Positions 1 to 11,659 of a DNA stretch of 36,882 nt are shown here, one piece after another. This DNA comes from Asterionella formosa. Its lineage: Eukaryota. The position numbers were made by a program, and so were the translations under genes. Where the stretch lies: assembly GCA_002256025.1 (NCBI GenBank), contig NKIB01015265.1, forward strand, positions 1 to 36,882, given 5' to 3'. The number at the start of each line of letters is the position of its first letter. The first letter of the stretch is position 1. Below the pieces are notes generated by a model. It had not been told where the DNA came from and did no database searches. It saw nothing but the letters and a program-made list of their open reading frames with translations.

Positions 1-53
1 ACCCGACACAGCCCCAAGATATAGGGTCGGTGTCGGCACCACCAAGTAATGCC

Positions 54-3000
54 ATGCTCAGTATGCTTTCCTTTGGAAGAGTTCAACCGACATTGGATGG
101 CAACATTTTGGAATTGAACACTTTAAATAGGTCACAGGGCCGGGGCTCCTCGCGTACTACGATTGCCCAATCCCTATCGAACACAAAGAAATTTGCAAGG
201 AAGCTAGTATCTACGCGTGGGAATCCGAAAGAATCACCTACAGAGACTTTAGCCAAGGAAGCTCCAGAACCAGATAAGAAAAGAGCTACTTATAGGCGAT
301 ATCGCGTCGGAGATACAGTCTTGGTCACGAACTCGCAGGTGAAAGGTGCGAACTTGGTCAATCGATACGGATATCCAGCTGGGGGAGGGTTAACTTCAGA
401 AGAGACGCGAGGGCCTTATACTTATGTTCTAGCGACAGTCAAGAAGGTTCATTTCGACGAAGATGCGGAGTATTACACGGTAACGAGGGCAGATACAGGT
501 GTTCATCAACGCGCTGATACAGGTAAGCGAGCTTTTGTCATAGCATTCTTATGCACGCTTGTTAAAAATATCGATACTAATAGCATACGAATCCTAGAAC
601 TGATGGAACCACTGAAGACAGCTCATGCTGAAGCTGCCGCTCTGCGAGCGGCAACAGAAGAACCCCAAATTACCTCAGAGCGAGGTACTCATTCGGCACG
701 AGGAAAAAACTCAGGTTCTAGTTCTAGCCTGCGAGGAGCATCACAGTTTTCTGAAAATATCAAGATTTTCATTTCCATAATTGGATCTCCATTCTTTTGG
801 CTTTATGATTATTTAGCGAAACTGCTGGGTAGACGAATTTCCAGGCACGCTAATCTGGCATTGTTGGCGACAAAACGACAAGGACAACTCTTCCTAAATG
901 GCATGAAACCTTATTCATGCAGCATGCGGCTGACGATTGTGAATTTTTTAGTGATTTGCAGTGTGTGGTATATGTTTATTGATCAAGCACGTTTGGCCTT
1001 CATACCGCGCTCGGCCGACTTTGCCTTGGCCATTGTATCATTGTACGTCCAGTCCTTGAACGATTTGCGCCGTTATAAAAGTCAAGGTTGGTACTAACCC
1101 TTTTTGTTTCAGTTTCGTATGGTGTATCTTGATTTTAGAGTTGGTTTTTGAAATTTTTATCCGACCTGATGGTTACCATAGTTTGATTATATCCGAAAAG
1201 GCTTACTCGCCTTCAACAGTGCGTTACATTAACGCCTTCCATTTAACAATTGAACTCATGTCATTGGGAGTTTTTGTTCCAGAGTTTCTCTGCTTATTTT
1301 CACCACAGTATGGCTGCAGTGATAGAACACCATTTTCCTTCTTCAATGCAGCTTTTTTGGCGATTTTGGGGCCGTCCAGCAAGGACGCCTTTTTTGGTCG
1401 TGCATATATGGCAATAGTTCGGCTGCGTCTATTTGGATTAGTCCGTCATTGGAAGAAAATGTGGATTAATGATAACAGCAACGTTAGCAATATAAACGGA
1501 AAAGCGAAGGGAACGCGGAATCGGTTCTTGTCAGGCGTTTTTGTACCGGCTAGAGTCGGTCACTCTGATGGCAAAAAACACAAGTCCGAAGCATTGAATG
1601 TAGAACGACAAACTAAAAAAGAAGATGCGCTGATTAATGCGAGTAACATTGGAAGAGCGCTATTGGTTATCAATTCCCATCGTGCCTTATTGATTGTGTA
1701 AGTCATCTCCTGTCGCAATTATTATTCGATATGAAATTTGCTCACCAGTTCGTCGCAGTTGTATTATAATGGGCATATTTCCAATAATTGGAACACTCCA
1801 AACCTGGGGAGGAGCCAACGTGGTCGCCAATCAGATGGTTGATCAAATGCAGGCTCTGAATCTCATGCTCAACAATGGAACTGGCATTGATGAATGCAAA
1901 TTCTTTTTTGATACAGTGTATAGCTGGATTGTTGGTGTATCTGCTGGAAGTAAGCCTGCTGCTCTCGCTAATTCATCCATATTTGTTCTTTTCTTGTCTA
2001 TTGATCCAATCCGATGTACTGAGGTTGTGCCGGGTTATGAGGGCGTCCCGACCGCCACATTTTGTAGCCTTTATGACAGCAATGTTTATTCTCCGTCACC
2101 AGAGGCAATACAAAAAATTAACGAGCTTTGCGACGTATGGAGAGGCACTTCAGTAAACACAACTGTAGAGGAGCTAGCAGAGCGGGCTGGTATTCGATCT
2201 GGGGCTATCCATGTGGTGGTTAATCAAACGATTGGAACCTGGAACAGCGAGGTAGAGACGGCATTCACAATCACAGCGAAATATAACCAGACCTATTCAA
2301 TACAGCCCGCAGCGCTTTCGTCGTTTCTCTTACAAATCACGCTTCTTGTCTGTGTTATTGGAGGACTTTCCATTTTGAGACGAGATTCCGGCCTACTTGT
2401 TCTTGGTCCTCTTCGACGGATGCTGAAAATCGTTGCTCGATATGCGAAGAATCCCCTGTCAGAAATAAAAGTCGGAGGCTCGAACTCCGACGACGAAGAT
2501 ACCGACGAGGAATCTCCGCAGGGCAAGTTGGGAAACTATGAAACTGAACAACTGATCAATGCTGTCTCCAAAATTACTGATTTGTTACGCAAATGTTGGG
2601 GAGTCGCCGGTGCTTATATAATTTCTACAAATCTTGCTACCCAAGAGGGCGCGTTAACAGAAGTGTTCAATCCAACTGTTCCCGGAAAGAGTGTGTATGC
2701 CCTCTTCGGTTTCGCTGCAATAAATGGATTTGACCACACACTGAGACAGCTCGGGGGAGATGTGATGATTCTAATCAACGATGTCGCTGCTGTTTTGCAC
2801 GGAGAAGTGTTCAGGTGGGGATTTGGTGATTCCGGCCAATGCAACAAAAACTTGGGGGCTGCCTTTCTCATGGTCTTCAGAATTGGTTTGGTCAAGGAGG
2901 TTATCCGAAAGTTGGAGCAAGCTACTGACGTTGTATTTTCCAATACGGCCACTCAGAAGGGTAATGGCACTCGGAATCGCTATCCGAGTAAGAAACAAAA

Positions 3001-3967
3001 CAAAATTGTATCGTCGTTTTCCAAGCCTGCAGGGAGTCGAAGTGTGACTGCGACGTCGGGTCGACGAAATAAGGAACTGCGAGCCAATTCAAGTAGAGCA
3101 ATTATGAGCCTTTCTCTGCAGTCCCTTCCAGGTATTCAGACCTTTACAGATCGTGCTGTTATCGGAATGCTTAAATCATTCGCTGGTATTTACAGAGATA
3201 ACAAGTTATTGAGTTGGAAGAATGATTTCCGTCTTGGAGCTGGTGTCGGTGCTTTTTCCGTGAACATGATTTTCGGCATGGACGCCGGTTGGGCTGTTGA
3301 AGGTGCGGTCGGAAGTGAATACAAGATTGATGCTACTTATCTGTCTCCTCATGTGAACATGGCTTCTCGCATGATGAGTGCCTGTAAGCAGTATGGTGTC
3401 TCCATTTTGTTGAGTCAAGCAGTCCAAGAGCTTATGTCTGATGTGGCAAGGTCAAAGCTTCGCCATTTAGACACCATTACAGTCAAGGGTTCCAGTCTAA
3501 AGCAGAAGATTTTCACCTACGATGCACGCCACACGGGTGTGGACTTCTTTTTGTTCAGTCGATCTGAGGAGCAAGCTAATCTCGACTCTGACCGCTATAC
3601 ACCAAACGTCTGGAATTCAGATCAAGATTTGCGTGCCATGAGACAGCATGTCACGGAAGATTTTGAGCTTGAATTCAGCAAGGGTCGCGATGCGTATCTG
3701 GAAGGAAATTGGCCCAAGGCTATAAAGCATCTGGAAGCTGCGAATGAAATTATGGTTGAAAACGTCATGGACCAAGGGTATATTCAAGACGAGCTGAATG
3801 AGCTACAGAATAGAGTATTGGATGGCGAAGATGCTAGGGCGGCGGAAGAAGAGCTCCGAAACGAAACTGGTGATGGCCCATGTCGCCGGCTGATTGCATA
3901 CATGGAATCAGAAGGCAGGGTACCCCCAGAGCATTGGAAGGGGTATCGACCACTGACAAGCAAGTAA
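54..3967 (+). CDS. Membrane class III adenylate/guanylate cyclase-like protein with N-terminal ion-transport-like TM region and C-terminal TPR-like tail. 4 exons; introns 523-597, 1043-1112, 1698-1758. May start upstream of the window.
   Basis: Three ORFs (30-1097, 1129-1701, 1694-3967) join in frame through GT-AG introns with branch-point-like TACTAA(C)/CTCAC. Cyclase motifs: LFGFAAI, NKNLGAAFL, GWAVEGAVGSEYKIDATYLSPHVNMASR. The tail DGPC..L..YM...PPEHWKGYRPLTSK resembles alveolate/stramenopile channel-cyclases. The frame is open back to base 3; first ATG is at 54. Confidence 0.88.
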
Positions 3968-4438
3968 ATTAACAATTCCATATGTTTGGTGTAGATGGCT
4001 CGGTGTAGTTTTGTTTAAAGGTTTGGGGCAATGTTTGGAAGTGTCCAAGATGTTCCCCTTTGTTTCTAAACTTGCTCGACTTGTTTTTTAAAAAAAAATT
4101 TCATCAGTTGAAGAGCTTTGCTTGAAGACCGGTTAGTGGTGTACCGTAATTGGTGCGGGACGATTTGTTCTAGGGTGATTAAAGAAAGCTTGGGGGATTG
4201 ATTGCTAAATGGTGACACGAAAAGTTGAGGAGACCCGCCTTGACAGGTCATTTGGAGTACTGCATGAGTACAGTGTAATTTAGGACCACTTTGCCGCAGT
4301 AATGACACAACATAATGCGAGGAGTGTGCGGGAAAGGGAAATATAACTGGTAACGCATGAGCGGCTTGCGGTAACATCAGGTAGGATAATAAATAGGCAC
4401 ACCAAACAAGAAATAAATATCTTGGGCAAAAAATCTGG

Positions 4439-5446
4439 CTATTCCCTAGAATTACATACATCATTAGCCAAACTCATCAAACTCACCACAGCTACATCGC
4501 TTCTTAAGATTCGATACCCTAACGTGACTTGTTGAAAGCCTAACTCTCGAAAGCGATCCAATTCAGTCGGTTCTTCCCAACCCCCTTCAGGGCCCACTGC
4601 CAGAAGGATTCGATTGCAGCCTGCAGGAAACTCCACTTCTTTCATGCGTTTCTCCGGGCCTTCGGATAATCGCTGTGGATGGCACACAACACGGGCAAAA
4701 TCCGCAATTGGAAAGAGACTTTCCAATTCATCTTCAAAAAAATGCTTTAAGTTCTTACAAATGGTGAGTTGTGGTAGTCTAACGTCCCCAGCTTGACACA
4801 AGCCTTCCACCAATCGCTCGCGTAATTGTTCAGGCTTCCGAAACAAGTGTGAGCCAAAGTAGTCCTTGGGAACTTTTGCAGCCCCAGTCAAGATCAAGTG
4901 GTCTACTCCTATTTGAGAAATCATAGGCAAGACCCGGCTCAAGGCCAGTGGTCGAGGAAGGGCTAGTATCAGACTGACCTTAATGTCATTTTGTGTTGGT
5001 ATTTCTGTCAATCTCTTTAAAGCGAATTGGATTGAACCGGGAGGTTTCCCATTTCCCAGAGGTTCTGGCTTTTTGACTTTGCCTTCTGGAACCCACTGGA
5101 TAGTAGCTTCATCCGTGAGGAGTCCATTGTGGTCGTGACAACTGACGATACCAGCACGTACTGAATCTCCATTTTGGAGGCCAAGTATGTTCGACGCATG
5201 AATCGTTCGATAATCATCTTTCGGGAGTGTGACTGTTGGTATTGTTCCATTTGTGGGTATGTCGACTTCGCAGGGGTCGAAGAGAAAGCGGTTCAATCTG
5301 CAGAAGGTTGTTGCATGGAAGTGTTTGCGGTGGTGTGCCGTCCGTGTCAATCCCAAGGACGCCACCCCAATAGGTCTCGTCCCCAATAGTAGCACCATTG
5401 TTGTTGCGGGGAGATTGACTCTGCATGAAGGGAAGGGTCGTTTCAT
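4439..5446 (-). CDS. rsmE: RsmE-family 16S rRNA m3U1498 methyltransferase (SPOUT), probably organelle-targeted
   Basis: Motifs LILALPRP, QIGVDHL, LVEGLCQAGD..LP, LAVGPEGGW and LGYRILRSDVA. N-terminal extension precedes the domain. ATG at 5446 or 5398. Confidence 0.9.
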   Translation of the reverse strand: MKRPFPSCRVNLPATTMVLLLGTRPIGVASLGLTRTAHHRKHFHATTFCRLNRFLFDPCEVDIPTNGTIPTVTLPKDDYRTIHASNILGLQNGDSVRAGIVSCHDHNGLLTDEATIQWVPEGKVKKPEPLGNGKPPGSIQFALKRLTEIPTQNDIKVSLILALPRPLALSRVLPMISQIGVDHLILTGAAKVPKDYFGSHLFRKPEQLRERLVEGLCQAGDVRLPQLTICKNLKHFFEDELESLFPIADFARVVCHPQRLSEGPEKRMKEVEFPAGCNRILLAVGPEGGWEEPTELDRFRELGFQQVTLGYRILRSDVAVVSLMSLANDVCNSRE

Positions 5447-5926
5447 TTGATGGCGATTGATTCGTTTAAGAATCAATGCATTGTGTCTTGTTTCTGTTAT
5501 CACTTGGTGAGCGGCTGCATTGAAAATAAATCATTGATGGGGGGATGAAATATCGAAAAAGGCAGGGGGGACAAAATAGCTTTTTTCAAAATAAATTACT
5601 GGTGGGTAGTTGCTAAATATACCTACCGGTAGTATGTAGGATGTATCATTATGTGGCGAATAAATTAGCCTTTCGAGACCTAAATTACCGGTAAAGCCTA
5701 ACCAGTACAATGTACTTACAAACCGTTCTTATGATGAATACTTATAAATAACTGTTCGTTTTGAGACCACGGACAAACTTGAAACTGCATCACGTTGATG
5801 GAAGCACATCAGACTAATACTGTGCTAGGATAGAGTTTGCCTTTTGTTCATCCTCTCGTCAATTACACTTGCTCGCTCTGGCCCTAGAAATTACTTCTAC
5901 CAAGATAAACAAGCCAGGGAATCGCG

Positions 5927-7690
5927 ATGAAAGGCATACATAAGAGTTGGCTTCTTGGCTGCATGATGTTTTCCATCATGTCCATTGGTGCAGAACACGA
6001 GCGGCATTGTGGCGCTCAAAGCGATACTATCACGTACGATTGGGAGAAAATAGATTTCTACGATATGCTCGGACTTCCGTCAGCTCAAAGCAAAGCTTCT
6101 AGACAGAAACGAAAAACTGAGAGACAAAAATCCACATCGAAGGACGTGCGTAGAGCATATCGAAGGCAAGCGCAACTGTACCACCCGGACAAGAAGAACG
6201 ACACTATATCGGTAGAGGAATCCAATGTTCGCTTCGCAAGGATCGCGGAAGCGTACGAAGTACTAGGCAATCAAACAAAACGAAGCAATTATGATTTGTG
6301 GCTGCTTGATTGTGAGGATTATCTGCATCGAGGGCCTTCAAGCAACCAACAAGCAAACCACGGGTCTGAACGGTGGTCGATGTTTGAGCGCGCGAAGGAT
6401 CCTCGACGAGTCTTTGAAGAGTTTTTCTACGGGTCATCGGAATCAAAAAAAGGCGATCTCTTCAACATGTTCCAATCAACCCTTAAACCAGTTAGAGTGC
6501 ATGAACACAAAGAACTGCTCTACGACAACTACGGGAACAAGATCATTAGAGTTTTTCAAACGGAGGAGTATACTGCAGACCACGATGGCACTTTCTTTTA
6601 TAGGATCGTTGTACAAGACTACGCAGAAAGATACGATCGCTTCCATGGATGGGTATATGAACCTATTTCTCAACCATTTGTTACGGACGAGGGCTATAGA
6701 CATGAAAGTGTTGATAGATCGGACGGTAACAGTCACAGCCACAGCCACAAAAAGGATACACTCCATCTCGGTGAGATTTTAACACCCGATTCACCTGTAT
6801 TATCATCAAAAAATGCTCGATACTATGCTGGTATTACACAGGATTGCGAATTGGTCATCATGTCTGATTCAACTCTACCAGACATGGATAATTTTCTGAT
6901 GTGGTCATCCAAAACGTCTCTACCAAATATTTATAAAGCTGGAAGTTGCTTCCTGAGTTTGAGAGGCCCACACCTTGTTTTATCAGTTGGAGATCCAAAT
7001 AGACCAGGGGTAATATTATGGCATAGTGATGTTCCTGAGTCGATAATTAGGGACGAAGCACGGTTGAAAGAATCTGGAGATAGTGTGCCAGTCTACTATG
7101 CTCGACTCGACGACGATGGTAGCTTGTCGGTCTATATGGTGCGGGAAACATCTACACATTCAGCGAATGGAAAAGAAAATTGTAATGCAGTGCATTCATC
7201 AGAGCATTGGTTGTCTCAGATAGTGAGCACCACAAGATTCCAATTCCGGTCAAAAGTCGAACAAGGCTGGAGTGTTGTGCACAAGTGGAGACAAAATATT
7301 CTTAGATCTCCTCAAAGCAAACAGGAAAGCAAAAACTCGACGGAAGATACCGACAGTAGTCAATCTTCGCTGCCGAAGGAATTTTGTGTTTATGCCACTG
7401 GTATAGCCGGTTGTAATGTTGGTGCCAGAAAACTTTTGAAACTTGGACGAGGTCTTGGGCAATCCGCGTCGTCAACGCTGACTAGGTTAGACTCTGCAAT
7501 TGACACAATTTTTGATTTCTTTCAGGCGGATATTGAGAATGATGAAGATGACGATGCAATTGATAGAGTAAGTAGAATTCTGGGGAAGACAAGGAATGAA
7601 CTAGGTAAAGCGTACCAGAAAATAGCAGCGAAAGGTGTTAACGCGGTACGCCAAGCTATCAACAAACGCAAAGCGAAACGCATGTCTTGA
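5927..7690 (+). CDS. Signal-peptide-bearing DnaJ (J-domain) protein with a bulb-type (B) lectin-like domain
   Basis: Hydrophobic N-terminus. J-domain: DFYDMLGL...VRRAYRRQAQLYHPDK...IAEAYEVLG...RSNYD. B-lectin-like pattern: TL..GE.L, L.S.N.RY, QDCELV, WSS, LWHS, LDDDGSLSVY. Single exon. Confidence 0.88.
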   Translation: MKGIHKSWLLGCMMFSIMSIGAEHERHCGAQSDTITYDWEKIDFYDMLGLPSAQSKASRQKRKTERQKSTSKDVRRAYRRQAQLYHPDKKNDTISVEESNVRFARIAEAYEVLGNQTKRSNYDLWLLDCEDYLHRGPSSNQQANHGSERWSMFERAKDPRRVFEEFFYGSSESKKGDLFNMFQSTLKPVRVHEHKELLYDNYGNKIIRVFQTEEYTADHDGTFFYRIVVQDYAERYDRFHGWVYEPISQPFVTDEGYRHESVDRSDGNSHSHSHKKDTLHLGEILTPDSPVLSSKNARYYAGITQDCELVIMSDSTLPDMDNFLMWSSKTSLPNIYKAGSCFLSLRGPHLVLSVGDPNRPGVILWHSDVPESIIRDEARLKESGDSVPVYYARLDDDGSLSVYMVRETSTHSANGKENCNAVHSSEHWLSQIVSTTRFQFRSKVEQGWSVVHKWRQNILRSPQSKQESKNSTEDTDSSQSSLPKEFCVYATGIAGCNVGARKLLKLGRGLGQSASSTLTRLDSAIDTIFDFFQADIENDEDDDAIDRVSRILGKTRNELGKAYQKIAAKGVNAVRQAINKRKAKRMS

Positions 7691-8023
7691 AGAAATGCGG
7701 TATTGTTCACACGAGTCTTCTTATAACTTATCCCTTGATGACCAATTCATAACGGTAGCCCAAGGGGAATCTTCCCAATCACCTCCAATTCGTAAAATTG
7801 GATCTTGGTTGATTTAAAACGCGAGTCCGGTGTGTAACAAAGATGTAGATTATTTCTCCTAGTCCTTTCCAAGAGAAGTCATATTTTGTAGTTGCTTTAT
7901 TAAGCCGAGGCTCAACAAGGTTTGCCTGAGTTCGCATTAAACCTTAATTAGGTGAATATTATTTTAATGAAGAAACTAACAGGTACCGGAATCATCACAC
8001 CGGTAGTCTGAAAAATAAAGACT

Positions 8024-8089
8024 NNNNNNNNNNNNNNNNNNNNNNNNNNNNNNNNNNNNNNNNNNNNNNNNNNNNNNNNNNNNNNNNNN
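8024..8089. other. Assembly gap (66 N)
   Basis: Run of N in the sequence. Confidence 1.
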
Positions 8090-8266
8090 CCCCCCCCTCA
8101 TACACCGGAATTCTATCAGTACATACATGATAAACGATCTACCAATGTTGCTTCATATATATATTATATATACAATAAAATGCTTCTTCCGATACTAAAA
8201 TGCATAGTACCCTGAAGGCCGATCCAACCATCCCATTCAGCCAAACATACCATTGCTTTTGTCCAC

Positions 8267-8899
8267 ATGAAACTCTTCTTGGGCATTTTACTTCCACTTT
8301 TGACTATTTTGTTCTGTTCTTTGCGTTCATGTGCACTCAGGGTTGAACAATCAAGCACCTCATGTTCCTCTGCTTTATTTGGCATTGCATCCTCGTCAAT
8401 CATCACCATGGAAACTGAGGATATGTTGTTTGGAAAGTTTCTGATTCCTGCTGAGCATGTGTTTTATCGGTCGTCGTTATCGGCAGCTTTTGTGAATCTT
8501 AGACCGATTGTTCCAGGCCACGTATTGGTGGTATCTAACCGAGTAGTCCCTCGAATCGGTGACCTTTCCGACGACGAGTACGCAGATCTGTGGAAGTCGG
8601 TTCGAGTGGTCCAGGAACTACTGGCAAAACACTACAATGCAACTGCCTTTAACGTGGCAGTTCAAGACGGAAAAGAAGCAGGACAGAGTGTCCCTCATGT
8701 TCACGTCCATATTTTGCCGCGAACTGAAGGAGACTTTGCCCGAAATGATGACGTCTACGATGAGCTTCAGGATTGGGCACCTCGTAAGGACATGACCTCC
8801 GAAAAGCCAAAACTTGTGGTTCCTCAGGATGGCGACAGAAAGGATCGAACACCAGATCAAATGGAAGAAGAAGCTTCGATTTACAGAAGCCTCATGTGA
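8267..8899 (+). CDS. FHIT: HIT-family bis(5'-adenosyl)-triphosphatase (FHIT/Hnt2-like); alternative start ATG at 8408
   Basis: FGKFLI, AFVNLRPIVPGHVLV, VQDGKEAGQSVPHVHVHILPR (histidine triad), NDDVYDEL and RT..QMEEEA..YR all fit the FHIT branch. Confidence 0.92.
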   Translation: MKLFLGILLPLLTILFCSLRSCALRVEQSSTSCSSALFGIASSSIITMETEDMLFGKFLIPAEHVFYRSSLSAAFVNLRPIVPGHVLVVSNRVVPRIGDLSDDEYADLWKSVRVVQELLAKHYNATAFNVAVQDGKEAGQSVPHVHVHILPRTEGDFARNDDVYDELQDWAPRKDMTSEKPKLVVPQDGDRKDRTPDQMEEEASIYRSLM

Positions 8900-9029
8900 C
8901 ATCCCTAACTACCTTTTATTCTATACTGTGCATTAGTAGGGCACGTTGCTCATTGACCTTCTAAGGTTCGGTCTCACCATACGTTGACCACTTCGTAACA
9001 CAAATCTCAGTACTATTATCCAATATAAA

Positions 9030-10337
9030 CTATGAACGTAAGCTTTCATTTGAATCATCATCATCATCACCACGTATCTCGATTGAGGCCACTTCAAACT
9101 TTCCAAGAATATGAAATTCAGTCGCTAGTCCCTTTTCAACCTTACAGCAAACCCCACCTTCTCGGGTTAGCCCAACGTCTTGATTGCGAGAAAGTCGGAG
9201 AAACCCCTTTTCTGGCTCTTGGACTCTAACTTCGTTCATGCGGTCGTTGAGTCTGTCAGTTTCAATTCGTAAATCAACAAGGTCTTTCGCGCGCTTTAAC
9301 TTGGCCCAGCTGAACAGTGACTTGTCGTCCTCACCCTCACGGCTCAGCCGTTCATACCTCTGGGCCAGGCGTTCCTGTTGTTCTTTCAACGACTGCTTCA
9401 AGCTCCCAGTTTGCTGTCGACTATTTAAAGGGAAGTATCCACAAGTGCAATACACCCTTCCCCCGGGACAGTTCACATCTCGTCCTCGATGACGGACTTC
9501 GTCCTCCAACTCAATGTAGAACCTCAGCAGGTCTGTGCCCATGGGCCCTTCCCTTTGAGACACGCGCCATCCTCCACTCTTGACTGGTATTTTTCGAGCT
9601 CCTTCGGTCATGCTAGGTCCCATTGTGAGCTCATTATTGACCACTAGCAAAACCTTGGCATCTGCCATACCATTAAGAAACTCTTCCCTCTCGTACAGCT
9701 GCTGGGGCGAAAATTCCACCTCCAAATTCAGCAAGAGGCGCTCACCACTTATACCCCATGTCTTTGGCATCCAAGTACCTGAATGAAAAGTGTGTTGTGG
9801 CTCAATGTTGTGAGTTTTGGGCGTCTTATTGTCAGCTTGGCAAAAACACGACCTCGCCTGCGAGCAACATGAAATCTACTGTAACAAACCTGGCTCGCGC
9901 CCAATATTGAGCATGATTTTCCACCGTGTCCCATCTATTAAACTTGTTACTTCTTGCTTCTTGACCCTGGCTATGGACTTGGCATCATAAGAAGGCCTTT
10001 CGGTGATTGCAGTGGGTTTGTTGCTGACAGCAAGCATAGGCTCAAAAACAATTCCTTCAGGAGGTTTCACTTCCTTAACAACGTCGTCACATACAGTATC
10101 AGCAGTGGCATTGCTCCGACTGAATTTTGCATTGAGTGCGTCTATTCGTCGGAGAGCTTCTTGGCGCATGTCTGCAATCTCCGATTTCATCGAATCAACA
10201 CTGTCTTCTTGAAGGGACAATTGTGATTGAGTTGACCATCTCTTGCCACGAGTCAACTGAGAAGAAAATGATGAAAATCCATAGCTTGAGGTTGTAATGC
10301 CCGCTAGAATAGTGAGGGCTGCCGTGAGATGCACCAT
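9030..10337 (-). CDS. Uncharacterised, probably plastid-targeted protein. 2 exons; intron 9779-9889.
   Basis: Signal peptide MVHLTAALTILAGITTSSYG followed by F (ASAFAP-like cleavage) and a Ser-rich transit segment. Removing a 111-nt GT-AG intron joins two ORFs into LNIGREPGTWMPKTWGISGERL. Confidence 0.82.
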
Positions 10338-10985
10338 CGTGGTGAGCAGCACTTCGTCGTTCTTTGGAGATTTTTGAGTTCGCTAATAAAATTAGAACAT
10401 GGTAAGAACGATAGACTGCAGTGGGTAAATAATACTGGTACTGGTACCAGGTGCTACTCTTTGTTACATGATACCGTAGTCTAACGATCTTGTCACAGAG
10501 TTAGTGCGTATACCGGTATCCTTGAACCAGTACTACGAATGGTACTAACTACCTCTGGTACCGGTAGTTCGGAGCAGCTGGCACTTAAATACCGCCGGTA
10601 TATCATTCGACTTTCACTTACCGGTACACATATGATGTGTATGTAGCACATTCTATCATTCCAACCAGGTAACAAACGCAGTCGTAAGGGCCGTTCTTAT
10701 CTTTTTTTTTCGTGCATCACGGAATTTGAATTTTTTTGAAAATGTATCAGCAACGGTAACTCGATTTGAACTGAATTTCATTCACTCCAAAAGTGTCACT
10801 GTATCACTAATTTGTGATCACATTGTATCATGGAGTAACATGGATCTTCAATGGCAAATGGCTGGCAAGGATCATGTGTATATCCCTCACTCCTGAATAT
10901 ATTGATGGTCTTGATATCAAGCAGCAACATAAAATATAACACTGGTAAACTATATATTCTATAAAAACACACCATTGCATGAATC

Positions 10986-11659
10986 ATGCCGTTGCCATTT
11001 GAGTTACTTGATGATAATGATGATGACAGTAGTGATCTTGGTTTCTTATTCCTCTGTCATTTAGCTAAGGAAGCAGAAGAAAAAGAACACTCGTCCAAAT
11101 GACAAAGGCAACGCTGTAAACGGCAGCTTCAGTCATCTGAACGACAACAACAACGAAGGCACAAGTGGCACCACGAAAGAATCTCCTGGCAATCGCATGT
11201 CAAGAAACTCTATCACAAGATTGCTTTCGAGAAGACATACAGAATGTCACACAGAGCATTCAAAAACTCACCTCCTTGCTGGAAATTTATATTGCAGGGA
11301 ATTATTCCAAATGTGGCACTTCTGAGCCCATAATTCCCGAAATTGTGGGAGCCATTGGTTTGCGATGGCTGGCTGGTGGCAGTTACATCAACATTCGTCA
11401 TGCCTAGTTACAGTTGTAGCATTGCTTCACTTTATCGATGTCTTGATTTGTTCATTGATGCTGTACTAAACTGTGAAGAACTCGAAATTAATTTTCCAAA
11501 AGAAAAAGGAGAATTTATCAAATTGGCTTCCAGCTTTGAATGCAAAAGCTCCGAGGGCATGATGAGAGGATGTGTTGGTGCTATTGACGGCTTCCTAGCC
11601 ACCATCAACCGCCCGACTTAAGTTGAAAGTGGCAACAACCCTGGTTCATTTTTTTTTCG
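10986..11659 (+). pseudogene. Harbinger (DDE_Tnp_4/HARBI1-like) transposase, N-terminal half
   Basis: Across frames: W..HVKKL...FEKTYRMS..AF, LRWLAGGSY..I, SLYRC..FIDAV, GCVGAIDG (first catalytic D), GNNPGSFF. Premature TGA at 11100, frameshifts, truncation at about 11659. Confidence 0.85.

Noticed and set aside
4066..4464. 132-aa minus ORF after rsmE
   Set aside because: Overlaps the rsmE stop in another frame and lies in 3' UTR/intergenic DNA; no recognisable domain.
9032..9229. Poly-His peptide ORF
   Set aside because: Antisense shadow of the Asp run at the C-terminus of the minus-strand gene.
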